Shown here: piece by piece, positions 10,497 through 23,499 of the stretch
Position numbering within the stretch: position 1 is the stretch's first letter
How the letters are laid out: every line of letters begins with the position of its first letter
Source of the DNA: Mobula hypostoma
Lineage: Eukaryota
DNA length: 64,000 nt
Direction: 5' to 3'
Assembly (NCBI RefSeq): GCF_963921235.1
Contig: NC_086116.1
Coordinates: 29,016,001-29,080,000 of the forward strand
Program-made: the position numbers and the translations under genes
The notes under the pieces: generated by a model
The model's database searches: none
What the model was told of the DNA's origin: nothing
The model's input: the letters and a program-made list of their open reading frames with translations, nothing else

Positions 10497-13280
10497 AATG
10501 GACAGAAAAAGTCTGCCTTTACAATGAAAGCTACTTATCAATGGATTTTACATGGTCTAGTGATCCAAGTTGTCCCATTCCATTGTGCCTAGTCTGTGGC
10601 AAACAACTTACAAATGCTGCAGTGGCTCCAGCAAAATTGAAAAGACACTTAACTACAAGTCACAGCTGTATGACACATAAAAGTGCTGATTATTTTAAAT
10701 GGCTTTTGGAATCTTAAAACAGAGTAAAGCTTTTGTTAATAAAGTCACAGTCAGTAAAGGGACAGAGAAAGCAAGTTATTTAGTAGCAGAACTTACTACC
10801 TAGAAAAGGAAAAGTCACACAGTTGGTGAGAACCTAATAATGCCAGAATGTAAAATTATAGTGGGTAAAATGCTAGGATAAGATGCTGAATGAGAAATTG
10901 AAATGATTTCATGCTCATTGTTGATTACGGCTGGTTCTTCACTTGCAAAGATCAGGAGAGAAGAAGAGTCCACAGGAGCGACGGCACAATCGTTGGTGAC
11001 TGTAGAGGCCAGTTCTGGATCTGCAGCCCCTGGAGCAGTAGGGACACAGGAACGGCTGGGATGAGGCACTTCCTGCATCTCTTCTTCCCTTGGGCAGAAG
11101 CTCTTCTGGATTCCTCAAAATTCTTGCCTGCTTCATGGATTAGTGTTCTCCAGAGGTCTCCATCACAAGCCAGCTGCTGCCACTCATTGACCTTGATATT
11201 TGCCTGAGAGAACTGCAGTTTAAGTTGACTTTGTACCTCCTGCAGGAATGAGGTGGGTGGGGATCCACGATCACTCTTGCCCTGGGAGAATTCTCCATAG
11301 ACTACTGCTTTCAGTAACCTGGAGTTGTCTATGCAAAACATATGGCCTGGCCAATAAGCTGCCGGAGCAGCAAAGTGGTTTCAATGCTTGGAAGTTGAGC
11401 CTTTTTCAGGACCTCATTGTTGGAGACACGATCCTGCTAGCTGATACCCTTGATAGAGTGGAGGCAGCACAGATGGAAGCACTCGAGCAACTGGATTCGC
11501 TTGCAGTACAAGATCCAGGCTTTGGAGCCTCATAGAAGTGATGATGGCAGCCCTGTACACCTGGATTTTTGTGGACAGATGCAGCTGGTAGTTCTTCCAC
11601 ACACATTTCTGGAGATGCCTGAAGGCATTACTGACTCTGATGAGTAGATTGTCAACATCCCTTACTATTGCTGCCCAAGTAAGTGAACTGCTCAATTGTG
11701 GCAAGAGGGTGGTTGTCCATGGTGATCAGAGATCGGTTATAAACACCATGAGGGGCTTAAAATAGAGGATCATTGTTTTCTTCAGACTGACTGTTAACCC
11801 AAAAGCCCTTGCAGCCTTGTCGAACTGAGTGACTACAGTCTGTAGCACATCCTCTGCGTACATGAGAAGAGCATAGTCGTCTGCATATAGTAGCTCAAGA
11901 ATGGGATCTAATGTTTTTTTTTCGGGCAAGAAGGCGGCCACTCCCAAACAGTATGTTAAGTTGACGTATTGATGACATGTCACATGATGCTGAAGAGGTT
12001 TTGTGTAATAAACTGAAAAACAGCAGCTTCTCTATCTAGGTCGTTGAGTTAATAAATTTCACCAATTAAAGCCATGTTGTAGCATTTGTAAGATTTGTAA
12101 ATGATGGTGAAATTCAAGAAAACTTTTTCTGTTACGAAGAACTGCCCGAAACAAACAAGGGTCAAGATAGGTTTAATATTTTGTCTTCATATCTGGAAAC
12201 AAAATCTCTGTCTTGGAGGAACTGTTTCAGCATCTGTACTGATGGTGCCCCATCAATGATTGGCTTCCTTAAAGGTTTTGTTTCTTTTGTAATAAAGAAA
12301 ATCCTGATGTAATCACAACACACTGCCTTTTTCACAAAGAGGTGCTGATGTCAAAAACTCTTGGAGATGACATGAAAGAGGTTCTGGATGATGCTACAAA
12401 CTGGTTAACTTTATTAAACAAAGACCAGTTCACTCGAGAATGTTTTTAAAACTGTGTGAAAACCTGGACAAAGAACACACCAGTCCGCTGCTACATACAG
12501 ACATCCAGTGGCTTAGCAGAGGAAGAGTTCTCATCAGAGTGTTTGAGATAAAAGTTGAATTGCAGGAGTACTTTCAAGAAAATAGTAGGCCAGATTTTGC
12601 TGACTGTATTGAAGATGAAGAATGGCTGCAGAAATTAGCCTACTTAGCAGACATTTGTCATAATATAAACCAGTTGAACAATTCTCTGCAAGGCCCTGGA
12701 GAAAATGTTTTGACTTCAAGTGACAAAATTCTTGGATTTAAAAGGAAACTGAATCTTTGAAAAAATCATGTTGCAAAAAGAAATCTTTAAATGCTCCCAC
12801 TGCTGCTTGGGTTTAAGAGTGAGGAAGGATCAGAAAGTCTCCACTCTTATTGAAGAACACCAGAACAAAATTGAACAGTATTTTTCCTCCCTTTCAACAC
12901 AACTGTATGATTGGGCAAGGGAACCTTTCTCTGGATCTTCTGCTCAGCCTGAGAACTTGATTTTGAGAGAAGAGGAAGAATTTTGTGAGCTGCAGTCTGA
13001 TTGTTCACTCAAGATGAGATTTACTGACCTGTCTCTGAACAAGATCTGGATTTCTGTGAAAGAAGAGTATCCTGCCATTCATAGGAAAGCAATGAACATG
13101 TTGTTGCAGTTTTCAACTTCTTACATGTGTAAGCAAGCTTTTTCTTGTTTAACAAGTATCAAGGGCAAGGATAGAGATCGTCTCATTTCAGTTGAAGGTG
13201 AAATCTGTGTGTGCTTATCTCAAGTTCAACCCAGAATTAAGTATTTGTGTAGCAAAAAACAAGCAAAGGCTCACATGCTA
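10497..13280 (+). pseudogene. Buster-type hAT transposase pseudogene (ZBED5/ZBED8-like), with stops, frameshifts and an RTE insertion
   Basis: BED finger (PLCLVCGKQL...KLKRHLTTSH), CTDGAPSM, THCLFH, WLSRG, LAYLADI, and FSTSYMCKQAFS dimerisation motif. Confidence 0.9.
10912..11930 (-). mobile_element. RTE-clade LINE, 5'-truncated, nested in the hAT transposase
   Basis: LLYADD RT motif, AFGLTVSLKKT, TKIQVYRA, and C-terminal CPYCSRGCRSRTGLYSHQRLC; the transposase frame resumes at ~11938. Confidence 0.9.
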
Positions 13281-13750
13281 GGCCTATATTTGAGCTTGAT
13301 CATGTCACTCAGAAAGAAAATGTTTTTTCAAAGTCTTGTATAAAATTGTATCTTAAGCTGTATTTTTATTCATATTGCTTTGGCTTATAGCTTTTATTAA
13401 TTTTACTATTCAACATTGTCAATAAATTTTCATGTTGTAAATAGTATTAATTAAAATCAACTTGCAGTTATTTAAATTAAATATACTGAGCCTAGTTTTA
13501 GAAAAATGAAATCCCATTTTGGCTTAAGCCAGTTATTTAACAGAAATTTATTATGTTTGACTTAAGAGTTTTTAAAATTTATGGAAGGGAAAGAAAGAGA
13601 TTAATTTCAAGCATAACTACCTATTCTTTTCAAGAAAGGTTGGCTAAGAATTCATTATCTACTCAAAACAGCATTGACCATTATTTTGGATTATTACATC
13701 TACAATTTATTGATCATGCTAATGTATCATGATGTGTAATTTTTGTTAAT

Positions 13751-13833
13751 TTATTAATTTTTACACAGGTGTTCCCTGAGACGAGAAACTTATTAATTTT
13801 TACACAGGTGTTCCCTGAGACGAGAAACTTATT
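13751..13833. repeat. Perfect 39-bp tandem duplication in the hAT subterminal region
   Basis: TTATTAATTTTTACACAGGTGTTCCCTGAGACGAGAAAC twice, followed by TTATT. Confidence 0.95.
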
Positions 13834-14119
13834 TCAAAGATTTCTCCAGGGCAAAAAGGTTGAGAAAGGCTGGGATAAGCAATTCAACTGTACATTTAGG
13901 CACATCTTAAATGCTGTCAGCACTCAGCTTCAACAGGACCTGTCCTTCTTCCAATTCAAACACGAGTTTTTGAAGCTGGTTTACCCCAGTCTAACTGCCT
14001 GACATTTCAGTAGACTTAAAGGTGAGAACGTTGGTGAGGGTCAATGCAATAATTCAAAAAAGGGAACGGTACTTGTAAATGAGCAGAATTTGGCTTTTAC
14101 TCTGGCTTTAAAGCAGAGT

Positions 14120-15138
14120 ATCAGAATTAGGTTTATTATCACTGGCAGGTGTTGTGAAATTTGTTAACCAGAAACAGCAGTTCAATGCAATATATGATAA
14201 TATAGAAAGAAAAAAACATAATAAAATAAAATCAATAAGTAAATCAATTACAGTAAGTATATACATGTGTATATTGAATATATTTAAAATAGTGCAAAAA
14301 CAGAAATAATATATGTTACAAAAAAAGTGAATTAGTGTTCATGGGTTCAATGGCCATTTAGGAATCGGATGGTAGAGGGGAAGAAGCTGTTCCTGAATTA
14401 GTGAGTGTGTGCTTTCAGGTTTCTGCACCTCTTTCCTGATGGTAACAATGAGAAGAGAACATGCCTTGGGTGATGGGAGTCCTTAATAATGGACGTTGCC
14501 TTGCTGAGACACTACTCCTTAAAGATGTCCTGGGTATTTTGTAGGCTAGTACCCAAGATGGCGCTGGCTAAATTTACAACCTTCTACGGCATCTTTCAGT
14601 CCTGTGCTGTAGACTCCCCACCCCCCCACCCATACCAGACAGTGATGCAGCCTGTCAGAATGCTCTCCACAGTACATCGAGAGAAGTTTTTGAGTGTTTT
14701 AGTTGACAAATCAAGTCTCTTCAAACTACTAATGAAATATAGCTGCTGTCTTGCCTTCTTAATAGCTGCATCGATATGTTGGGACCAGGTTAGATCCTCA
14801 GAGATCTTGACAACTGGGAACTTGAAATTGCTCACTCTCTCCACTTCTAATCCCTCTATGAGTATTGGTTCGTGTTCCACCATCTTACCCTTCCTGAAGT
14901 CCGCAATCAGCTCTTTCACCTTACCGACATTGAGTGCCAGGTTGTTGCTGCGACATCACTCAACTAGTTGGTATATCTTGCTCCTGTACACCCTCTCATC
15001 TTTATCTGAGATTCTACTAATAATAATTGTATCATCAGCAAATTTATAGATGGTATTTGAGCTATACCTAGCCACACAGTCATAGGTATGGAGCGAGTAG
15101 AGCAGTGGGCTAAGCACACACCCTTGAGGTGTTTCCAG
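14120..15138 (-). mobile_element. Rex1/Babar LINE fragment (RT core to 3' tail)
   Basis: PQGCVLSPLLYSL, YKFADD, KELIADFRK, KKARQQLYF, ESILTGCITVWYG. Confidence 0.9.
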
Positions 15139-15199
15139 CAGAAACACTGTGGAAAAAGAAAATTCAAAGGAAAAACTGATAAAATTTGTTGGAAAAAAA

Positions 15200-15560
15200 T
15201 GGTAAAAGGGGTTGCTTAATATTGTCAGATGTGCAGAGATTGAGCAGATTAAGACTATATTTTCTATAATTTAGAAGAACGAGAAGTGATCACATTGAAA
15301 CACAGAAAACTCTGAAGTATTCAACAGAGGTGGTGTAGACTTGATGCTTATCTAGATTTAGCCATTCAGAACAGAGGTTAGGAGCAATTCCTTTACTGGA
15401 GGCTTGTGATATGTAATATCTACATAAGAGGCTATGCAGAACAGTCATTGAGTAAATTCAAATCACAGATCATTAGATGTTTAGATATTAAGGAAATTTG
15501 AAGACTATTGTGTTAATGTAGGTAAATGGCACTGAGATAAAGCACCCAATCAGCAGTAGG
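15200..15560 (+). mobile_element. Old CR1 3' fragment
   Basis: Degenerate match to the CR1 C-terminal region (TTTAGAAGAACGAGAAGTGATCACATTGAAAC). Confidence 0.5.
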
Positions 15561-15611
15561 AAACCTGCTTTTTCCTGTGCTATTAGTTTGTTACTGCATA
15601 CCACTCTTGTC

Positions 15612-15862
15612 CATAAGACTATTAGCTATAGGAGCAGAATTAGGCTATTTGGCCCCCATCGTGTCCGCTCCACCATTTCATCATGACTGATCCATTTTTC
15701 ATCTTAGCTCCAATCTCTTTCCTTCTCCCCATATCCCTTCATGCCCTGACTAATCAAGAATCAACCACTGCCTGAAGTATATCTAATGACTTGGCCTCCA
15801 CAGGCACCTGTGGCAATGAATTCCATAGATTCACCATTCTCTGGCTAAAGAAATTCCTCCAG
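15612..15862 (-). mobile_element. CR1 3' end
   Basis: RNFFSQRMVNLWNSLP plus a 3'UTR matching the copy at 3939. Confidence 0.85.
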
Positions 15863-16169
15863 AGATACAAGTTTACTTTTTTAAATTGCCTATTGAATGG
15901 GAATATCCTGTGGAAAGTAAACCAGGAATAATATTGAGCAATATTCAGCAACATTTTTGAGGGAATTAAAACTTCCCTGACGATTCTTGTGCCCTGCAAA
16001 CTGTGACATCTTCACTCAATTATCTATTGATATTTTAAAATTAATAATTTCCATTTCACATATGGGGTATGCATGTGATTGTATGCAGATAAAGCTCTGC
16101 TCACAATCTTGGTACCAAGAGATCAGGGGTTATCCATTGAAAATTGTTTGCACAATTTGTTCTTTTTTG

Positions 16170-16302
16170 CGCATTGGGTGTTTGATGTTTTCCTGAATGG
16201 GTTTCATGGTGTTTCTTTGTTTTGTGGCTGCTTGCAGGAGAGCAAATCTCAGATGTATTCTGTATACATACTTTGATAATAAATGTACTTTGAATCTTTG
16301 AA
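16170..16302 (+). mobile_element. Rex1-type LINE 3' tail
   Basis: AATCTCAG...ACTTTGATAATAAATGTACTTTGAATCTTTGAA, the same tail as at 22360 and 50900. Confidence 0.6.
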
Positions 16303-17511
16303 GAGGGACAGTTGCTTGGTGAACATCTATAGAGTCCTAACACCTGTGCTTTCTACTCCTATATCCTGAGCAGAACTGAAAAAATAATGAACAAAACATT
16401 TAATTCGTCTGAGAACAAGAAATTCAGAAGTGCTGGGGTATAGAATTACAACACAGGGAGGATTGTGAATAGGTCGTTCCATCAAGACCTAATGAGCTGC
16501 AAGGCCTGCTATTATAGCGCAATTTGCATAAATTAAAGTACCTTTATTAAAGAAATGCAATTTATGTGTGTTTTATTTATATGTTATTCAAAATGATTCA
16601 TTAAAATAATTTTGAAATCAAAGCTGGAGAACAACCAACAGAACAAATACGACACGAAACACAAATTACTTTCTAACCTTAGGGGGTTCTTTATCAAGGA
16701 AAAAAATATGTAGAAGGTTGCTTTGGTAAAGAGAGTTCTTTCTTGATGTAAGCTTACAAGGTTTAATTTAAATGGAAAATGCCTCAGGCTATTTGAGAAA
16801 GACATTTATTAGTTCTTTGAGCTGCACAAATATGAAATCTATCATGCTGAAATATTGTAGACATAAATCCATATTTCAAAAGTAATTTTTCCAGCTGGTA
16901 TGAGAAAGTAGTCAATGAAAGTCTACACATATTAGGGTTACAATTTAGAATTCTTTGTAAAAACAAACTCTGCAATGCTCATCACGTTTTTCCAAGTTAG
17001 CTTGTATTTTATGAGTTGTTGCAGGAGATTACAAAATGACTTCATGTTGGCCTGTGTTACAATATACTTATCAAAACTAGTCACACATCTGGAAAGCATG
17101 ATTCTATTTCTAATACTGTAAGGCAAATTTCTCTCACAGTGAGCAAGACTGTTTTCTTTTAATTTAGACCCACTAAGCCCTGACACCAATCATCACCCTC
17201 ACTCCAAGAAAACGAATATGCCAAGGAAAGGAATAGCAACTCTTTGGAAGTTCTGTCAGTCTATTCATCTGTCTTCTCTACTATTTCTGTATATCTCTTC
17301 TCTTTCTATTTAGGAGGTGCTGTCTAACTCCTTTTTCCCCTTCATTTTTCTTTTCCTGTCATCTCTCATCTACAATGCTGAAAAAGAAATCAAGTTAAGA
17401 ATTTCTTTTCATAAGTCTCCCTCTGTCCACCCTTATGGGACAAGAACACCATTAGCAATGCCAGCCTGCGCTGTGTAAAGCTAATTGCTCTCGAGTAGGT
17501 GACGGTGAGCT

Positions 17512-18535
17512 AGAACATAGAATATAGGCCAGTACTGCATAGGGACAGGCCCTTCAGTCCACAATTTTGTGCCAAACGGGAAGAGAAGATGGCCACGCGA
17601 TGCAGCTCGCAGCGGCCAATCCGGTGAATGATATCTGTTATCTGTCAAGTAGGGTGCCGTGCACAATCCTGATTTGATGGAGATGGACGTGAGAGCACGG
17701 AGGAACATCTGATGAAACTTCTGAAATACCTGTTTTGCTGCCGCTGCTACAGTGTGATCCAGAATCTCTGGAGGGGAAGGCCCTGAGTCCTCAGCTTTGC
17801 TTGTTGCTTGGCGGCCGGGGCAGGGTCAAAGCACTCGGCAGAGATGGTGCTCGGTGCTCGGTGTCAGAGGGCTGGTCGGAGGCTCAAAGTTTTCGGACGG
17901 ACTCAGAGTCGGATGCGGTCAGGTGCTTCCAATGCATCAGCAAGTTTGCGGTACTTGGAGGTTCATGGCAGGGAGAGTTTCTCCCTTCTACCATCTGCGT
18001 GAGATGATGGGCTATCGGGACTTGAGACTTTTTTTTACCGTGCCCATGGTCTGCTCTTTATCAAATTACGCTATTGCTTTGCACTGTTGTAACTAGATGT
18101 TATAATTATGTGGTTTTGTCAGTTTTAGTCTTGGTTTGTCCTGTGTTTCTGTGATATCTTTCTGGAGGAACATTGTATCATTTTTTAATGCATGCATTTC
18201 TAAATGACAATAAACGAGGACTGAGTGTCCTCATAATCTAATCTAATCTAATCTAATCTAACCAGCTAAAAAGCAAATCAAAAACATCTAAACAATAATC
18301 CTTCCTATCTGCACAATGTCCATATCCCTTCAACTTTGTGACATCCATGTGCCTATCTGAACGTCTCTTAAAAGCCTCCAATGTATTTGCCTGTACCACC
18401 ATACCAGGCAGTGCACTCCAGGCATGCATCATTCTTTGAGTAAACACTTACCCCTCATATCTCCTTTGAATCTACCCCCTCTCACTTTCAATTCATGCCG
18501 TCTGGTATTCGACACTTTAACCCTGGCAAACAGAT
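17512..18535 (-). mobile_element. CR1 3' fragment split by a younger insertion at 17578-18261
   Basis: FTQRMMHAWSALP peptide; the 3'UTR is continuous across the insert. Confidence 0.75.
17578..18261 (+). mobile_element. Non-autonomous retroelement, family E, with 3' stem-loop and (TAATC)n tail
   Basis: CpG-rich; starts near AAGATGGC; AATAAA at 18209; stem-loop GAGGAC-TGAGT-GTCCTC at 18216-18232; TAATC repeats; second copy at 41990-42612. Confidence 0.75.
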
Positions 18536-18549
18536 ACGCTTTGTCTTCA

Positions 18550-19450
18550 TAAACTAGTGCAATCGTTCTGGTGAGGATACTACCACTGTATTTTGTATAG
18601 CGATAATCAGAACTTCAACTCAATGGCATGTGAGGAATGATGCTACCTCCCCAAGTTAGAATGGTGCAAGTACGTTTCAACCCATGACATGGAAGGAATG
18701 GTAATATATTCCCAAGTTAGAATGGGACCCTGCAGGTGATGGTATATCTGTTGCCATTATCCATTCTGGTAGTACAAATCACAGGTTTGGCAGATGATGT
18801 CAGAGCAGCTGACATTGGTAGTTTGTTCACAGTATAGATATGAATTACCAATGGCGAGTGAAGTTGTTATAGTGAAAAATAAAGCTTGCTGTCTCAGTCA
18901 AGCCTCAATTGATAATGGTGATTCACACATTTGGGCGAGTGGTGGGGTGGGGGTGGTGTTCTATTGCGCTATTGTAGCTTGGGGATGGTGGAAAGAATTA
19001 GGGTGCTCAGGTCATTTGATACACAATACACAGCATCTTACCTCTTGGTTCAACATATCTCTGCCATGTTTCTGGTCACTTATAACACCCATGATTTTTA
19101 TAGTTGAAGAAGGAGATGGCAAGGGTAATTAAGGAGTTCAGGCATCTCTTATCAGAAATGGATACTGCCTGGCACTTTAGTGGGAGATTGCTGTGTCATT
19201 CATCAGCCAATGCCTCAGTAATGTCTAGGCTTGTTTTTTTTTTAAGCATATAGTAGGTATGGACAATTGCATGGTCTGTGGAATTGTGAATGGAATTTAA
19301 CTTTGTGAAGTAATCAGCAAACTTTGCCACTTATAAAAAGAAGTTTATTGAAGCAGCTAAAAATGATTGGGGCTCTGATCTCCTGAAATGCGGTCCCATG
19401 GCTGGAATGATGTATCCATGATAGCTGCGACTCATTTCTCATTCAATCTT
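18550..19450 (-). mobile_element. Possible ancient CR1/L2-type LINE fragment
   Basis: Only degenerate recalled similarity; no intact motif. Confidence 0.3.
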
Positions 19451-21585
19451 CACAACCATAAAATCTTTATTGAGTGTATGGACTGCAATTGGAATGATTG
19501 GATCCTCTCCATAAAAGCATGAATTGGATAGATAGAGACAGTTCATATTTATCCACAAATCCAGGGCAGCAATTCTTCCTATTTATTACCTTAATCTATC
19601 AAATCATGTCAGCAGAGATTTTGTGTGATTGTGTGAATGTTTTTAAGTATTCATTCAAGATTCAAGACGTTATTAAATAATTTATTGTCAGAGAAGATCT
19701 GAATTGGTGTCATTTGAGATTTGTGTTCACACAAAAAATGTGTAAAATAATCAACTAAATTTTCATCAGCAACAAAAATTACTTATTACAATCAAACCAC
19801 CTACAATTTTCCAGCCATGTTTTAAACTCAGAATTGCCCTGATCATTACAGACTATACATTGTCAGAGAATATTATCAAAAGCAAAATAGCAATGCTCCC
19901 CTATGACGTGTTCAGAGCTGATGCTTCTTTAACGCCTGTCACACCCTTTGTGATCACTGTGACCCCTTGCTACCCATCTGGACTTAAACTGTTCATGGCT
20001 CAGTGCACCTTCCACGGCAGATATTCAGTGATACTGGGGTGGGATGGGATGCTGCTGGCCTTGAAAGTGAGCAGAGAGGTTTACGACCAGCACTTCCCTG
20101 TTGCAAATAATCTAAGTACATTTAACAGAGACAGACTCAGAGAAAGAAAATCTGAACAATTGTGACCATAGGGAGACCAATTAAAGAAAGAGCTTGACTT
20201 CAGATCTTACCTTTCACATGCTGCAAATGTTTTGTGCAGAATTTATAACCTTTCAAGAAGTATCAGTGCTGTGTTGATGTATCATTTCTTGTCAGAGTCG
20301 ACTTCTGTTCAGATACTCCTGCAATTTGACAAGTGACAAGTGAGGTTTATTGACATTTAACTGCATATATGTATATAATGTATATGGAAATGAGACAACG
20401 TTTCTTGCTTACTTTATGTGCATACAATCAGTCACTCGCTAATATCAAAAGAGGTGAGTAGGGGGTTGCACCATCAGTCTGGATAAACAAATTCAAATCC
20501 CATTATGGAAGGTGAAGGATTTAAATCCAGTTAATTAAACAATCTGAAATTAAATTTATTAATAATTATTATGTAACTACCTAATTGCCAATCTGGTTCA
20601 AATGCATCCCTCAAGGAAGAAATCTAAATCTGGAGAATGCTCAAGAACACTGCTTAAGCTAGATTCACAAGATCTTCTTTCTGTCTGCTCTTCTCCATCA
20701 CCATTTTAGCTACATCCTAATCTACCAGCAGGACAGACGCATCAGAAATTGTAGCAGACAATCTTTGATTTCAGAACTAGTCCTGAAGTATCAAGTTATG
20801 CATTTGCCTGGGCTCCTCTCTTCTTTGATAGTTTTCATTCTTCTTCAGTTGATGAAGCTGTGCTCCTCCATATTGACCAAGACTGAGAAGACACATGGAA
20901 GCTTGCAAGGCTACAGAATGGGAGATTTAAGCATCTGCCTCTGAGGGATGATGGTTAAATCAGTTCTAGTACCACTGACTAAGCTAGCCAAGTCTCGAAC
21001 AACATAGTTGTTAGATGAGGTCTGCATCATGTGGTCCTAGTGAGAACATACAAATTCCACACAGACAGGATTATACCTGGTGTTATGTTTGTTCTTGATA
21101 AAAGACACATTTTGTGTGGGTTTAACGCTAACACATTTACTAACAGGAGACATTCATACTTCCTAGCTCCGCACTTTAGCACACAATCACAGTTCACCAA
21201 GCCACCTCCAGTTCGGCGTGAACTCCCACATTGCACACTGGGAAGTGAAGTTCTTTGTTAAGTACACACATAATAACACACCTGGGTTCAGGATTAAACT
21301 TTGTTCTCATGCACTGTGAAGCAATAGATCTACAACAGGTCCACTGTGCAATTGGATATACCTTGTCCATGTAAAGCAGGATACGTCCAAATGAGCTATT
21401 TATCCCAAAATCAGGCACTCTCTGCCATTATTAGATACCAGGAGAATACAAGAAAAGAAGAAAGAGTAGTCCAAATGGCCACACCCCTCCCACCAAGCTG
21501 ATCATACCTTCAACCCCACATTACTACAAGGATCTGTCACCCTTGATTCACATTTAGACCAATAATCTGTCACAGCCTGGAATAC

Positions 21586-21977
21586 AGCTTGAGGGGGGAT
21601 CTCATTGAAACCTATTGAATGTTGAAAGGCCTCGATAGAATGGGTGTGGAGAGGATGTTTCCTATGCTGGGTGAGTCTAGGACCAGAGGATGCAGCCTCA
21701 GAGTAGAGGGATGTCCACTTGGAATGGAAATGAGCTGGGATTGCTTTAACCAGGGAGTGGTGAATCTGTGGAATTCTTTGCCACAAATGGCTGTGAAGGC
21801 CAAGTCCTTGGGTAAATTTAAGGAAAAGATTGATAAATTCTTGATTTGTCAGGACATGAAGAGATACAGGGAGAAGACAGGAGATTGGGACTGAAAGGGA
21901 AGTGGAGCAGCCATGAAGAAATGGCGGAAAAGACTCGATGGGCCACATGGCCTAATTCTGCTCCTATATCTTATGTA
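21586..21977 (+). mobile_element. CR1 3' fragment
   Basis: MLKGLDRMGVERMFP...VVNLWNSLP plus 3'UTR CCTAATTCTGCTCCTATATCTTATG. Confidence 0.9.
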
Positions 21978-22359
21978 TTTGATGATTCAACATCCTCAGT
22001 TTTCTACAGAAGATTTTTTAAAGAGTAGATCAGGACCCTCCGAGAAAGCTGGCAGCTTTTTCCCATTTCTGCTTTAAAGTCATCATCTAATCTGTTTGAT
22101 TTTTCCTCAAGTGATAACCATTTCCTCCTCTGAACTCACTCTGCTTAAATAAGAAGACTGAAAGAGCAGCCAACATGAGGTGTGCTCTCATCAATGTTCT
22201 GTACTCTTGCAACCAAGATTTCCCTACATTTGCTTTCCATATTGCACTGCAGTTAAGAAAATGCCAGAAATACAATAGTATCTTCAAAGAATGAAACACT
22301 TATATAAAAAATAGAATTAAAAAAAGAGAATATTGTGAGAATAAAATACCATTAACATT

Positions 22360-22436
22360 TACAAGAAAACAAATCTCAGGGTGGTATATAGCGACATATA
22401 TGTACTTTGATAATAAATTTATTTTGAACTTTGAAA
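22360..22436 (+). mobile_element. Rex1-type LINE extreme 3' tail
   Basis: AATCTCAGGGTGGTATATAGCGACATATATGTACTTTGATAATAAA...GAACTTTGAA. Confidence 0.65.
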
Positions 22437-23499
22437 ATAGGTTGCATTTCTACAAATCTTTATATCTGAAGAAATGTTTATGAACTGAAATGATTATATG
22501 TGTACTAGATGATTTAAAGTTATTTTAACAGTTTTTTGATGTTTATTTCTAATATTTTTTTAAAGTTTTTTGGATTTCAGTGTTTTGCAGTTGCGTCTTG
22601 ATGCAGTCAACCCATATAAGGCCATTGCTTTGGTCAAGGGCCAGCTGGATCTGAAAGACTTTCATTCAAGTAGTCCTTTACTGAGACAGATCAGGCAAGT
22701 TCATCAGGGACAGGACAATCACTGGTGAGTTTGACTGGCGAATTATGTTCATTAATTCTAAACAATTAAAAATCAGTTTTTATAAGAGAGTATTTTATTG
22801 CCTGTTACGCATTGATGCATTTTTGATATGCTTTTGGAACTTTGAAGTTCAGACTTTCTATTTCAGTTTGGTAACACGATGCAACCATGCTACCTGCTTT
22901 CTGCCAAATGCTTGCTTAGAGATTAGATCATTCTAGTAGTTGATTTTCCTCAAAGTGCAATGACTGCCAAACTGGACCAAGGAGGAGAAAGAAAACAGAT
23001 GTGGATATTCCATTGACTGTACAAATAGAACTTCCAGTTCTAAATTTAAGAAGACTGTGCAAAACTAGTTAGGAACTAGACTGTACATGGACCTCAATGA
23101 ACTTGTGTGGATTTTTAATGTTTCATAACAGGAGTACACTGCACAAATACAATTGTCCACTTGCCCCAGACACCTCCCGTAACGCTTCACCCTTGCCATT
23201 CCCAGCATCCAATCCTCTCACCAGCTGTCTCATTTACCTCCCTGAGGGTTTTTTTTAATGAATCTAGCCAAGCTTCTAATTGTACCATTAAGCAAACACT
23301 ATTGAAATGGCTTCTTTTATATATCTAGTCTTTGGGAGCACTATCAATTGTCAGCACAATCACCACCAACCCACTCTCCTATTTTGTGTGATTCACTGAG
23401 CGAGCATCTGCACCAATGCCCAAGTATGATTCAACATGTTTCCTTAAGTAGTGTCTCAATAATAAATCTGGATTTGCTTCAATTTGAGAACTTGCTAGG

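Larger units (their letters stand above)
10062..13872 (+). mobile_element. hAT Buster/Charlie-type DNA transposon, full length, decayed
   Basis: TIRs CAGCATTTCTCAGCT and AGGTTGAGAAAGGCTG; 8-bp flanks GTCTAACC / GGATAAGC both fit NNNTANNN; transposase remnants inside. Confidence 0.85.

Noticed and set aside
10497-13343. Domesticated ZBED5/ZBED8-like gene
   Set aside because: Multiple stops and frameshifts, an RTE insertion and retained TIRs indicate a dead transposon.
20211-20318. Minus-strand exon-like segment (TTGCAG ... AAG|GTAAGA, 108 nt)
   Set aside because: Stops in all three phases and a poor pyrimidine tract; a non-coding exon cannot be supported from sequence alone.
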